Shown here in pieces: positions 38,475 through 49,880 of a DNA stretch of 64,000 nt. Both the position numbers and the translations under genes were made by a program. The stretch covers positions 310,001 to 374,000 of the forward strand of contig NIVC01000085.1 of NCBI GenBank assembly GCA_002269645.1, in the 5' to 3' direction. The notes below the pieces were generated by a model. It had not been told where the DNA came from. It was given only the letters and a program-made list of their open reading frames with translations, and searched no databases. Each line of letters starts with the position of its first letter. Position 1 is the first letter of the stretch. Source of the stretch: Macrostomum lignano. Lineage: Eukaryota.

Positions 38475-41400
38475 TCAGGAAATGCTGGCAGCTCTGTGTA
38501 GTCTATTCGTCATCAGCCGCATGCGCGTTATTTCACCGCCCGTCAGGAACTGGTGCCTCATCAGCTCCAGGGCCGACTGTCTCTTACTGCGGTTATGAGT
38601 CGTGCAGCTGCGGTAGAAATCCTCCAACTCTTTGGAGCAACCAGGTGGAAGTTTTGGACAACCGTTATTCTTTATCAGCTGGGCTATTGTTAATAAATTA
38701 GATGCGCTATGAAACGGCCTCTGACGGGTGGCCATCTGGTAGACTGAGCAGCCGAACGCCCAGATGTCCGACTCTCTGCTGTACTGAGGCGAGGTGTCAG
38801 CCTCGCCAGCTCCGAGCAGCTCTGGAGCCATGAAGTTATGAGTGCCTCTGGGTGTCTGAGTGCTAGCTAAGTTGTGACTGACTGACAGTTTCAGTTCGAT
38901 TGAAAGGCCGAAGTCGATCAGCTTAATTCTCGTGCCTTCGGAAAGCACCATGATGTTGGAGCAGTTGATGTCTCTGTGGATCACGGGCGGCCGTCGGCTG
39001 TGCATGTAGAGCAGCGCGCTGCAGATCTGCAAGATGTTCCATTGATTACTGTAGTTTGAACTGGCCCTCTTATTTAAACGAGTCCTGTAAAACCTGTGTA
39101 AGCGTGTGCAAGAGTACGTTCCTGCGTACCGTATTGGCGCGCTTGAGTTGTATGTGCTCAGTAGTCAGCGGAACGCGCTGGTTGTGGGAACATGTCGCCG
39201 AAGGCGTGATCAAAAGCTCTCCAGTCAATATTATAATTTTTTGAAAGCACAGGAAACTTATTCACCTGCTCGCTAAAGTCTCGAATTTTGTTCTCAGGCA
39301 TTGGAGCGCCGTTAATGAATGTTTCCAAGGTCTTTCCCTCCAGCAGCTCCATGAACAGAAAGATTGTGGCAGGCTCAGTTTGAGCGATGTGCAAGAATCT
39401 GACAATGTTTCTGTGCTGCAGTCGGCACAGGTTCCTCTCGCTCTCGACCGCTTTATCGATCTTTGTACGGTCATGAGCATATTGATCAGCGGTCAATTGA
39501 CCGACGGGCAGTTTAATAATTTTCGCAACGCACTGGATGCCTTTGTCGGTAAGGACTTTGTAAACTTCGCCAAAGCCTCCTCTGCCGATGAGGTCACCTA
39601 CGTCCCAGCGCTCCATGAACGGCGGGTCTTCGTGTCTGTGTTTATTTGAATTCGAATCGCGTACAATAATAAGCTTTTAGTAGTGCAGTTTATGATATCT
39701 GACTATATGAAGCAGTCCATTGCCGCTAACCTTGCTCTGTAACATGTCTCTGTACTGTAGCTGTCCCTGTACTGTAGCTTTCCCTGTGTACTGTAGCTGT
39801 CCCTGTACTGTAGCTGTCCCTGTACTGTAGCTTTCCCTGTGTACTGTAGCTTTCCCTGTGTACTGTAGCTGTCCCTGTACTGTAGCTGTCCCTGTACTGT
39901 AGCTGTCCCTGTACTGTAGCTTTCCCTGTGTACTGTAGCTGTCCCTGTACTGTAGCTGTCCCTGTACTGTAGCTGTCCCTGTACTGTAGCTGTCCCTGTA
40001 CTGTAGCTTTCCCTGTGTACTGTAGCTGTCCCTGTACTGTAGCTGTCCCTGTACTGTAGCTGTCCCTGTACTGTAGCTGTCCCTGTACTGTAGCTTTCCC
40101 TGTGTACTGTAGCTGTCCCTGTACTGTAGCTGTCACTGTACTGTAGCTGTCCCTGTACTATAGCTGTCCCTGTACTGTAGCTGTCCCTGTACTGTAGCTG
40201 TCCCTGTACTGTAGCTGTCCCTGTACTGTAGCTGTCCCTGTACTGTAGCTGTCCCTGTACTGTAGCTGTCCCTGTACTGTAGCTGTTCCTGTACTGTAGC
40301 TGTCCCTGTACTGTAGCTGTCCCTGTACTGTAGCTGTCCCTGTACTGTAGCTGTCACTGTAGCCTATACATGTGCACTAGTTCACCCTCAGCTCAAGGTA
40401 TTTAGGGGAACTTACGGTGGCTTCAAAGGCTCCTCATAGAACTTCTTGCCCTTGTACCTACAAACAGGCAATACGGTGGTCGAAGTGACGCTTTGGTAGG
40501 TTAAAAATGTGCATAAAGTGTTTGAGCCAGAAAAACTGAATTAATTTAATTCTGAACTACAAGGTTCCAAGAAAACTCACTTTTGAAGCAGTTCAACAAG
40601 ATCTGGGTTCCCATCGGACCTGATCAAATCCAGAGCAGTCTTGCTGCAACTGTCCTTCAGACTCCAATCCGACCCAGCGTCCATCAGGATCTGACTGACT
40701 TGGACGGCGGTGTCTTTGGGCGCATAAAGAGCCGCCTGCATGAGCGGTGTGGACTTGCTTCTGTCTTCCCTGGCGTTGGCGGAGGCTCCAGCAGCCAGCA
40801 GGATGGAGGCTGCCACGGAATTTCCACTGCTGGCTGACCAGTGCAGGCAGGTGCGAGATAAAGTTTCTGCACAGGTGGGGTCGCCAAGCTGCACCAGAAC
40901 CTCCCACAGAGCCTCGTCATTGCAGTTGCTGCTCTGAGCAGCTCTGATCAAGGCGGTGAAGCCGGAACTGTCGGGCAGGTCGCAGTTGGCTCGAGTTACC
41001 TTCTGCCGGAGACGAGTCCAGTCGCCCGCTCTGATCAACTTCTCCAGTTCTCCTTGTTCCGCCAGTTCCTACAGAAAGATACCGTGGAGCATTCGATAAC
41101 AATCTCACAAGTTGCATAATAGATACGAAAGTTGCTACTTGCCTTTTCTGTTAGACCAGTGATGGAGTCATAGGCATCAACAGTCAGCCGCATCTCTCTG
41201 CAACAGAATAATTGACATTATATTCGTAAAGTTTGGTTGCAAAACACAAATAAACAATTCCTCCATCACCTTTTGATATAGTTGGCGAGCTCTGAGTGAC
41301 CATTGATCCTTGCCAGATCCAACGCCGTCCGACCCTCGACATCTTTGAGTCCGAGCAGGCGCTCTCTCACAGAGTTGCTGGGCTTGCCGGCCTGAGGCTT

Positions 41401-42092
41401 GTAGAACTGCCGCTGCCTGAGCAGGTGCAGCAGGTGCTTGGCGCATCTCCAGCTGCCGGTCCGCGCCGCCTCCATCAGCGGAGTGGCGCCCCGCCGGTTC
41501 TGCAGCCACTTCGCATCGAACGACAGCAGCATCAGCAGCCGCAGGTGGTCCCGACGGGCTGCCAGGTGCGCGGCCGTGTCGCCCGAGTCATCAATAATCG
41601 ATTTTTGATTGGCAACCAGCTCGAACAAGTACATGACGCACTTCTCAGCTTGAATGGGCGTCTCGGGAGCGTCGGCAACCAGCATGAGTATGGTTCGGTT
41701 AGCGGCATCAGGCTCGCTCACCAGCTGGCTCGTTGCCAGCCGCTGCACCTGAGCAAAGTCACCCTGGATGACGGACTGGGCGAGAGTCTCCAGGGCAGCT
41801 GTTGAGACTTCGGTGCCTGCCTGATGATGTGCTGGGAGATCCTGCGGCGTAAAAATTCAAAGTCACGACAGTGTACATTACGAGAGGAAAGGCAATACAA
41901 GTAGAAGAAAAAAGAGGGGAGAGAAGAGGTGAGAGGAAAAAGAAGAGAGAGAAGAAGGCCAAGAAGAGACAAAGTACTGGAATGTTTCAAAAGATATGAA
42001 GGCTTCGTGCGGGCCCCTGCTTTACAAACAGACTCATTTAATTTCAAACTCACTTCGCTGTCTGCACCTGAGGTCGACTCATCTCGAGACAT
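38475..42092 (-). CDS. Ankyrin-repeat + kinase gene C, 6 exons
   Basis: Exons 42092-42054, 41841-41270, 41197-41143 (followed by a GC-AG intron), 41068-40581, 39635-39266 and 39026-38475. All phases are consistent. Ankyrin motifs GDTAAHLAA, GATPLMEAA, GFTALIRAA. Kinase motifs GRGGFG, CVAK, HRDINCSN, DFG, APE. Confidence 0.85.
39750..40360. repeat. 17-bp intronic minisatellite (tgtactgtagctgtccc)n
   Basis: Direct; lies in the ankyrin-kinase intron of gene C. Confidence 0.96.
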
Positions 42093-42813
42093 TGCGACAG
42101 GCTTCTGTTTATTTTCCGAGCATTTCACAGCGGGGCAGCAGCTGGGCCGGAGTCTTCTCTCTGCATCAGGCTTATATTACGAGTATTTGTGGCTTTGCCT
42201 GAAGAGGGCTCTATGAGAGACGCGCTAAGAGAGCTAAGAGTGTCTAATTGGTCAAAAAATATTCAATAATTTTCTGTAACTATTGCTCCGTGCTACTGCA
42301 AGTAGACTAAGATTTTTTACTTAATTTAATAACAACTAAATAGCTTAAAGCTCGAATCATATAACTGTCTTCCAAGTCTGACCAGGCTGCAGTCCACAAA
42401 ATCTTACGTTACAAAGTACGAGTATTTATAATTAAAATGTCCTTGAAAGTTGAGTCATGTTGGATGGAGTAGAATCCCTGCTCACAAGTGCTCATGCCTC
42501 ATCTAAAAATCATAGTAGTTTGGGGTGATGGAGAGCATGACTCAATCATCTCAGATTTATGCTGATGGAGAGCATGACTCAATCATCATCTCAGTTTTAT
42601 GGTGATGGAGAACATGACTCAATCATCATCTCAGATTTATGGTGATGGTGAGCATGACTCATCTGCTTGCAATCTGCTTGCAAAATTGCAACACTCCTTG
42701 AATGTGAACAAGCAAGTAGAAACCCTAAAGTACAACAAAGACGTCCATTTAAAGAGAGAAAGGGGGCGCCCCGCCAATGCGAACTCTCGAGCACTACGTC
42801 TTAACTATGGAAG

Positions 42814-43090
42814 CTCATGACTGCAAGGTAGGTCGGGGATTCGATTCTCGACCCAACTTGGAACAATTTGTGTCCTTCCTTGAGCAAGACACTTATTAGC
42901 TCAGCATTGCTTCAGTTCACCCAGAGCTGTAAAATGGTTGCCAGCATTAGCTGGGGTAATTGAGGCTGTGTGGCGACCCCCATGCAGTCCTTGGACTGAA
43001 CAGCCGTACGCAGCCTTCAGATGCGCCGCGCAATAGCTGCGACTGAGCTGTCGGATGCACATCTGGCCCAATTAGGGCAGGTGTAATCAA
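42814..43090 (+). mobile_element. SINE copy 2 (5'-truncated)
   Basis: Aligns by eye to 37135-37400. Confidence 0.85.
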
Positions 43091-43724
43091 TATTATTACA
43101 CACGGCTCTTCGCCAATTGAAAAGAAGGAAACCCACACTATACTGATGAAGACAACCCAAATTTTTGTAATGCAACACACGCGCTCAGTATGTGAAGTCA
43201 CTATGAGATTCATGGGAACACTCAACACTCAATAAAACATGTGTCTTTACGGGAGCTGAACATAAATAACTCTTGGAACACTTGGAAAGATTTAATACAT
43301 TTAAAATAGAAAATCATATTGGCAATTTTTCATAATTGATAATTGCATATTTTCGTAATATTTTCAATGCAAGCACAGCTACAGTTGAAGAAAGATAATT
43401 TGAAAGGAAAAAGGGTGACAATTACAAAAAGTGGTTCTGCTTTATTAAACTGAAACTCAAAACTAATTGTGCGCAATTTCAAAAAGCTAAAAAGTCTACG
43501 AAAGAGAGATTAGAATCATCGGACTCAAACAGCTAACCATAGATAGCATGAACACGAAAAACGACTTTGCAAAAATGTTTACTGATACAACTTTAAATCA
43601 TAACGGTTTACATAACATTGTAGCTAGCTGCCAAGCAGAAAAGCGGGATAATAATTTGTAATTTTTTAGGTGCATAAATTTTATCATGTAGGATTTTGAG
43701 ATATAAACACGAACACATGACATG

Positions 43725-44495
43725 AGTAGCAAAGGCACTTCATTAAGGCAATTCAGTGCAAATACATGTCCTTGAGGACGCATTAGAGCAAAGACACTTC
43801 ATTGAGGACACTTTGGTGCAAAGACACGTCATTAAGGACACTTCAGTGCAAATACACTTCATTAAGGAACTTCAGTGCAAATACACTTCATTAGGGCACT
43901 TCAGTGCAAATACATGTCCTTGAGGACGCATTAGAGCAAAGACACTTCATTGAGGACACTTCAGTGCAAGGACACTTCATTAAGGACACTTTAGTGCAAG
44001 GACACTTCATTAAGGAACTTCAGTGCAAATACACTTCATTAGGGCACTTCAGTGCAAATACATGTCCTTGAGGACGCATTAGAGCAAAGACACTTCATTG
44101 AGGACACTTCAGTGCAAGGACACTTCATTAAGGACACTTTAGTGCAAGGACACTTCATTAAGGACACTTCATTAAGGACACTTTAGTGCAAAGACACTTC
44201 ATTAGGGCACTTCAGTGCAAAGACACTTCATTAAGGAACTTCAGTGCAAAGACACTTCATTAAGGCACTTCAGTGCAAATACATGTCCTTGAGGACGCAT
44301 TAGAGCAGACACTTCATTGAAGAAACTTCAGTGCAAAGACACTTCAGTGCAAAGACACTTCATTAAGGGCACTTCAGAGCAGAGACACGTCATTGAGGAC
44401 ACTTCAGTGCAAAGACACGTCATTGAGGACACTTCAGTGCAAAGACACTTCATTAAGGGCACTTCAGAGCAAAGGCAATTCATTGAGGACACTTT
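43725..44495. repeat. ~30-bp composite minisatellite (gacacttcattaaggacacttcagtgcaaa)n
   Basis: Direct. Built of 14+16-bp subunits, with a recurring tacatgtccttgaggacgcattagagc unit. Confidence 0.93.
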
Positions 44496-44563
44496 AGTGG
44501 AAAGACAAGCAAAGAATCTCCAGCGAGAGAGAGTCTCCAAAGAATCACAGCCTAGTCATAGAT

Positions 44564-47500
44564 CTAGTCCAGCTTAGGCTGCTTAATAAAATGTCCGTCA
44601 TCAAGAGACAGATTCATCAGGCCTCGTTTGTCCAACTTTCTACTCGCCAGAAACTGGTGCTTCATTAGCTCATCCGCTGGCTTGCGCTCGATGCGATTTC
44701 TAGCGGTGCACTGGCTGTAGAAATCCTTCAGCTCAACAGAGCAGCCGTCACGAATAGCGGGGGCTCCGCTTCTTTCGAGTCGCACAGCAACTTGAAAGAT
44801 TGTTGGAACGTCAGCGAAGGGTCGAGAGCCGGTGGCCATCTGGAAGACCGAGCAGCCGAACGCCCAGATGTCCGACTCTCTGCTGTACTGCGGTCTGTCA
44901 GCCTCACCAGCTCCAAGCAGCTCTGGTGCCATGAAGTTCAAAGTGCCTTCAGGCGTTTGAGTTGTGGCCGAGATGTGGCTGACTGATTTCTCCAGCTTGA
45001 TTGACAGGCCGAAGTCGATCAGCTTGATGCGCGTGTTGTCGGTAAGGACAATGATGTTGGAGCAGTTGATGTCTCTGTGGATCACGGGCGGCCGCCGGCT
45101 GTGCAGGTAGAGCAGCGCGCTGCAGATCTGCAAGCGGTCGGTCGACAGTTTTGAATATAAAAAAGTCAACTCAACCTAGGCTTAAAATGCAGAAATTCTC
45201 ACCTGCTTGCTGAAGGAACGAACGACTGCCTCATCCAGCGGCTTGTTGTCGATGAACCTCTCCAAGCTTCGCCCGTCCAGCAGCTCCATGAACACAACGA
45301 CTGTGGCGGGCTCCGGCTGAGCCATGTGCAAGAACCTGACGATGTTGGGATGCCGCAGTCGGCACAGGTTGCTCTCGCTCTCAATAGCGCCTTCGATTTT
45401 CTTTCTAATGAAGTCCAGCTGGTCCCCGAGATGCACAGGCAGTCTGAGAGTCTTGGCGGCGCACCTGATGCCCGTATCTGTCAGAACTTCGTGGACTTCG
45501 CCGAAGCCTCCTCGACCAATAAGTCGGCCAGTTTCCCAGTCCTCTAAGAATGGCGGGTGGTCCTCTCTGAAAATCCGCAGTTAAAATGGTGAATTTCTGG
45601 TCATGCCCGATGAGAACGGTACCCTGGCCAAGAAGCGTCCCAGTCACTTGGGTCGCCCCATAGTAGTTTAAGACGCGTTTAAGAAGCTTGTGACGCAACG
45701 TTTGAGTCGCTAAAATGTCACAAGAGTTGCTCCAGAGTCGCTAGAGTCACTAGGGAGTTGTTTGGAATGACTCTTTTACGATTCTACAACTGACGTGACG
45801 CGCTTGTGACGCAACGTTTGAGTCGCTAAAAAGTCACAAGAGTTGCTCCAGAGTGGCTAGAGTCACAAGAGAGTTGTTTGGAATGACTCTTTAGCGATGC
45901 TTGCCATGGTAATTTTTTTAACGGGATGCATGGCTCTACGAAAAATCCGTAGCAAGGTGTAGAATGTGGAGCACTTCAACTGTGAATGCCCCGCCTTTAC
46001 TCAGTACATTTTCAGGCCCCCGAGAATCTCTGCCAGCTCGTCCGCTACCGAAGGGCTACCGGGCGAGCGACAATCCACCTTTCTGGACTCTCCGGAGGGG
46101 GACCGCGCTGCGGACACCGGCACCACCGGATCTCCCGGCTTCGACCCCTTAGGGTATGTGCATATTTTTGGCTTTAATAGTCAGATTGACTTACGGCAGT
46201 TCAAGGGGCTCATCAAAGTAGACTTTGGTTTCGCACCTGAAACAATGATTAATAGATATAATAGAGTGAAAGTACTCAGATTAATTATAATAATAATTTA
46301 TTAAGAGTACACCTTGCACAAATTAGCAGATCTGAAGGCTGCGTACGGCTGCTCAGACCAAGGACTGGGGGTCGCCACACACCCCCTCAATTACCCCAGC
46401 TAATGCTGGCACCCATTTTACAGCTGGGTGAGCTGAAGCAATGCAGAGTTAAGTGTCTTGCTCAAGGAAGGACAAAAATTGTTCTGAGTGCGTCGAGAAT
46501 CGAACCAGGGATCTTTTAGTCGTAAGTGCGACGCTTTAACTCAGTTGTCGACAATTTTACAGAGATGCATTACAGATCCATACAGATGCATCCGTTATTT
46601 TACGTTAAGGGCGAGATGAAGAGTCTTGATGATTTCTGCGGGCCAGGAGAGAGTGGAAAGGAGATGGAATGGATGAGAGAGAAGAAAGAGGATATGAGAG
46701 ATGAAAAAATAAAGAAGAATTCAGAGGCGAGATGAGAGGAGAGATGAGAAGAGAGAAGAAGGGTGAGAAGATGAGAGGAGAGAGGAGATGAGATAAGATG
46801 AGAGGGGAGAGGAGATGAGATGAGAGGAGAGAGGTGAGGAGACGAGAGGAGAGAGGAGATGAGAGGAGAGAGGAGATGAGATAAGAGAGGAGATAAGATA
46901 AGATGAGAGAAGAGAGGAAATGAGATGAGAGGAGACAGGAGATAAGATTAGAGGAGAGAGATTCGATGAGAGGAGATGAGATGAGAGGAGAGAGGAGATG
47001 AGATAAGCGGGGAGATGAGATAAGATGAGAGAAGAGAGGAGATGAGATGAGAGGAGACAAGAGATAAGATTAGAGGAGAGAGATTAGATGAGAGGAGAGA
47101 GATGAGATGAGAGGAGACAGGAGATAAGATGAGAGGAGAGAGATGAGATGAGAGGAGAGAGGAGAGAAGAGATAAGATGAGAGGAGAGAGATGAGATGAG
47201 AGGAGAGAGGAGATAAGATGAGAGGAGAGAGATAAGATGAGAGTAGAGAGATGAGATGAGAGGAGAGAACTTAGAAGAGACACAAACCTTGAGCAGGCCG
47301 CATTGCTATTGTAAAGTTTCAAAGGACCCGAAGGCCAGATAGAGAGGCATTGCGGGCCGCTTGTGGCTCGCGGGTCGGAGGTTGTGGACCCCTGCTCTAA
47401 GCGCTAAGGCTACAAGCCATACTACTCAAAAACACAGAGTAAATGCATCTGCAAGAACCTCACCCACGCAGCAGCGCTTCCAGTTCAGCTTTGCCATTCT

Positions 47501-48760
47501 CCCTGGCCAAGTCTCGAGCCGTCCTGCCAAGCTGGTCCTCCAGGCTCCAGTCCGAGCCGGAGTCCAACAGAACCCGACAGACAGCGGTGGCGGCTGACGG
47601 GGACGCTGAGATGGTGGCCCTCATCAACGGCGAGACTGATTGCTCATCCTGGGCATTGACGGAAGCTCCAGAGTGCAGCAGGGCGGAGGCTGCGACAGAG
47701 TTGCCGCTCCAGGCAGCGTGATGCAGGCAGCTCTCGGACCACATGTCAGCACAGGTGGGATCTGCCAACTGCAGCAGCTGTTCCCACAAATATTCGTCAC
47801 TGCAGTTGCTGTTGCCAGCTGCCCACATCAGCGCGGTGCGGCCGTATTTGTCCGGCAAGTCATAGCCGTCTTGGGTGGCCAGTTGTCGCAAGCCGGCCGA
47901 ATTACCAGACGTGGCCAGCTTCAGTTGCTTTCGATTGGCTTTTTCCTGCAAAAGCAGGAGGCTAATTATAGGTAATTAACAATTGAGCCTTGCAGTCGAT
48001 GTTTTTATACTGATCCCACTGTGTTCCTCTTGTTTGAGGGGGCGAATCAGATTTCTTCATTGGGGGAGGGGGCGCCAGCACCAGAGGCGCCAGCACCAGA
48101 GGCGCCAGCACCAGAGGCGCCAGCACCAGAGGCGCCAGCACCAGAGGCGCCAGCACCAGAGGCGCCAGCACCAGAGGCGCCAGCACCAGAGGCGCCAGCA
48201 CCAGAGGCGCCAGCACCAGAGGCGCCAGCACCAGGGGCGCCAGCACTAGAGGCTTCACACTGTAGTGCTGTACTCACCTGATCTGTCAGACCGGAAATGT
48301 AGCCTTCGTTACTCACGACCAGACGCATCTCCCTGCAACGCCAATTCACAGATAATGAGATGCACCCTAGATTCCTGTGCATGAAAGTAAAAGTTTCAAC
48401 TCTCACCGCTCAATATCGCTAGCCAGCTCTGAGTGGTCACCGAGTCTCGCCAAATCCAACGCTGTCCGACCATCGACATCTTTGAGTCCGAGCAGGCGCT
48501 CTCTCTCGGAGTTTCCGTACTTCTCGCACTCGTTGAACTGCTTCTGCCTCAGCAGGTGCAGCAGGTGCTTGGCGCATCTCCAGCTGCCGGTCCGCGCCGC
48601 CTCCATCAACGGAGTGGCGCCCCGCCGGTTCTGCAGCCACTTCGCATCGAACGACAGCAGCGTCAGCAGCCGCAGGTGGTCCCGACGGGCTGCCAGGTGC
48701 GCGGCTGTGTCGCCCGACCCATCAGTAGACTTTGGGTTGGCGCCCAGCTCGAACAAGTAA
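44564..48760 (-). CDS. Ankyrin-repeat + kinase gene B (tandem paralogue of C), 5' end unresolved
   Basis: Exons 48760-48407, 48332-48278, 47945-47464, 45566-45203 and 45127-44564. Same phases as C and an identical 55-nt micro-exon size. Kinase motifs GRGGFG, CAAK, HRDINCSN, DFG, GTLNFMAPE. Confidence 0.85.
45955..46150 (+). pseudogene. Possible 3' fragment of a non-LTR retrotransposon ORF2
   Basis: E*NVEHFNCECPAF resembles the C-terminal zinc-finger motif (ETVEHFLCECPA) of LINE ORF2. Short and degenerate. Confidence 0.3.
46330..46545 (-). mobile_element. SINE copy 3 (reverse orientation, 3'-truncated)
   Basis: Reverse complement aligns with copy 1, including the B box ggttcgattc. Confidence 0.85.
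46660..47397. mobile_element. GA-rich tract followed by a hAT/Charlie-like terminus (second copy)
   Basis: (gagaggagatgagat)-like tract, then cacaaaccttg..gcgggtcggaggttgtggacccctg, homologous to 28720-28838. Confidence 0.6.
48070..48248. repeat. 15-bp intronic repeat (gcgccagcaccagag)n
   Basis: Direct. Confidence 0.96.
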
Positions 48761-48857
48761 CTAATTAGACAACCATATTATAAATAAAAGCTGGAAATCA
48801 CTTTTAGGAGGTTTTGGTGGCCCCCAATTGGGCCGTTTTAGCTTTAGTTTTCCTAAC

Positions 48858-49397
48858 CCCCAGAATGTCACGATTCTTACCCCCCAGAATGTCACGATTC
48901 TTACCCCCCAGAATGTCACGATTCTTACCCCGCAGAATCTCACGATTCTTACCCCCCAGAATGTCACGATTCTAACCCCCCGGAATCTCACGATTCTTAC
49001 CCCCCAGAATGTCACGATTCTTACCCCGCAGAATCTCACGATTCTTACCCGCAGAATCTCACGATTCTTACCCCCCTCCCCAGAATCTCACGATTCCTAC
49101 CCCCCTCCCCAGAATCTCACGATTGCTACCCCCTCCCCCTGAATCTCACGATTCTTACCCCCCTCCCCAGAATCTCACGATTCTTACCCCCCTCCCCAGA
49201 ATCTCACGATTCTTACCCCCAGAATCTCACGATTCTTACCCCCAGAATCTCAATCTCACGATTCTTACCCCCAGAATCTCACGATTCTTACCCCCCAGAA
49301 TCTCACGATTCTTACCCCCCAGAATCTCACGATTCTTACCCCCAGAATCTCACGATTCTTACCCCCAGAATCTCACGATTCTTACCCCCCAGAATCT
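48858..49397. repeat. 23-25-bp minisatellite (cagaatctcacgattcttacccc)n
   Basis: Direct; the C-run length varies between units. Confidence 0.94.
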
Positions 49398-49880
49398 GTC
49401 CTTCACAACCACGAGAGCCGAGAAGGCTGAAGATGTGAGACAGCCCCGCTTTACACCCCCTGTCATTGGCCTCAGATTGTTGCCTAAATATTCCAACCTT
49501 TCCAACCCAGCTAGCAAAAAAGACACAAAGACAAAAATTTAATGAATAGTATAAAATTGTAATGAATCAAAAATTTATATTGTAAGTAAAAGCTACACAA
49601 AAAAATCTTGAACAGCTCATTTACTGCTCAGCAATTCGCTGAAAAATGTACTTTGTAAGATTCTTAGAAAAAAAGGGAAGCCGGAACCGTCTGCAGGTTG
49701 GCACCCGGTCGCAGGTGTATAAAAAATGGCTAAGAATTGAGCCTCAAAAATCAAAATCAACCAACATTATAGCCGATATATAAAAAATGATCAAATTATT
49801 GAATAAAATCAATAATTCTGGAATTGAATATTGGCACCTAGAATATCATCAGAGTCAAAGAGTTCAACTGGGCTTTCTGC

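Noticed and set aside
45686-45895. ~90-bp direct repeat pair (116-bp spacing) as a regulatory element
   Set aside because: Intronic tandem duplication with no recognisable motif; not enough evidence for function.
47962-48406. (PEAPA)n / (GAGAS)n protein
   Set aside because: A 15-bp repeat lying inside a well-defined intron of gene B.
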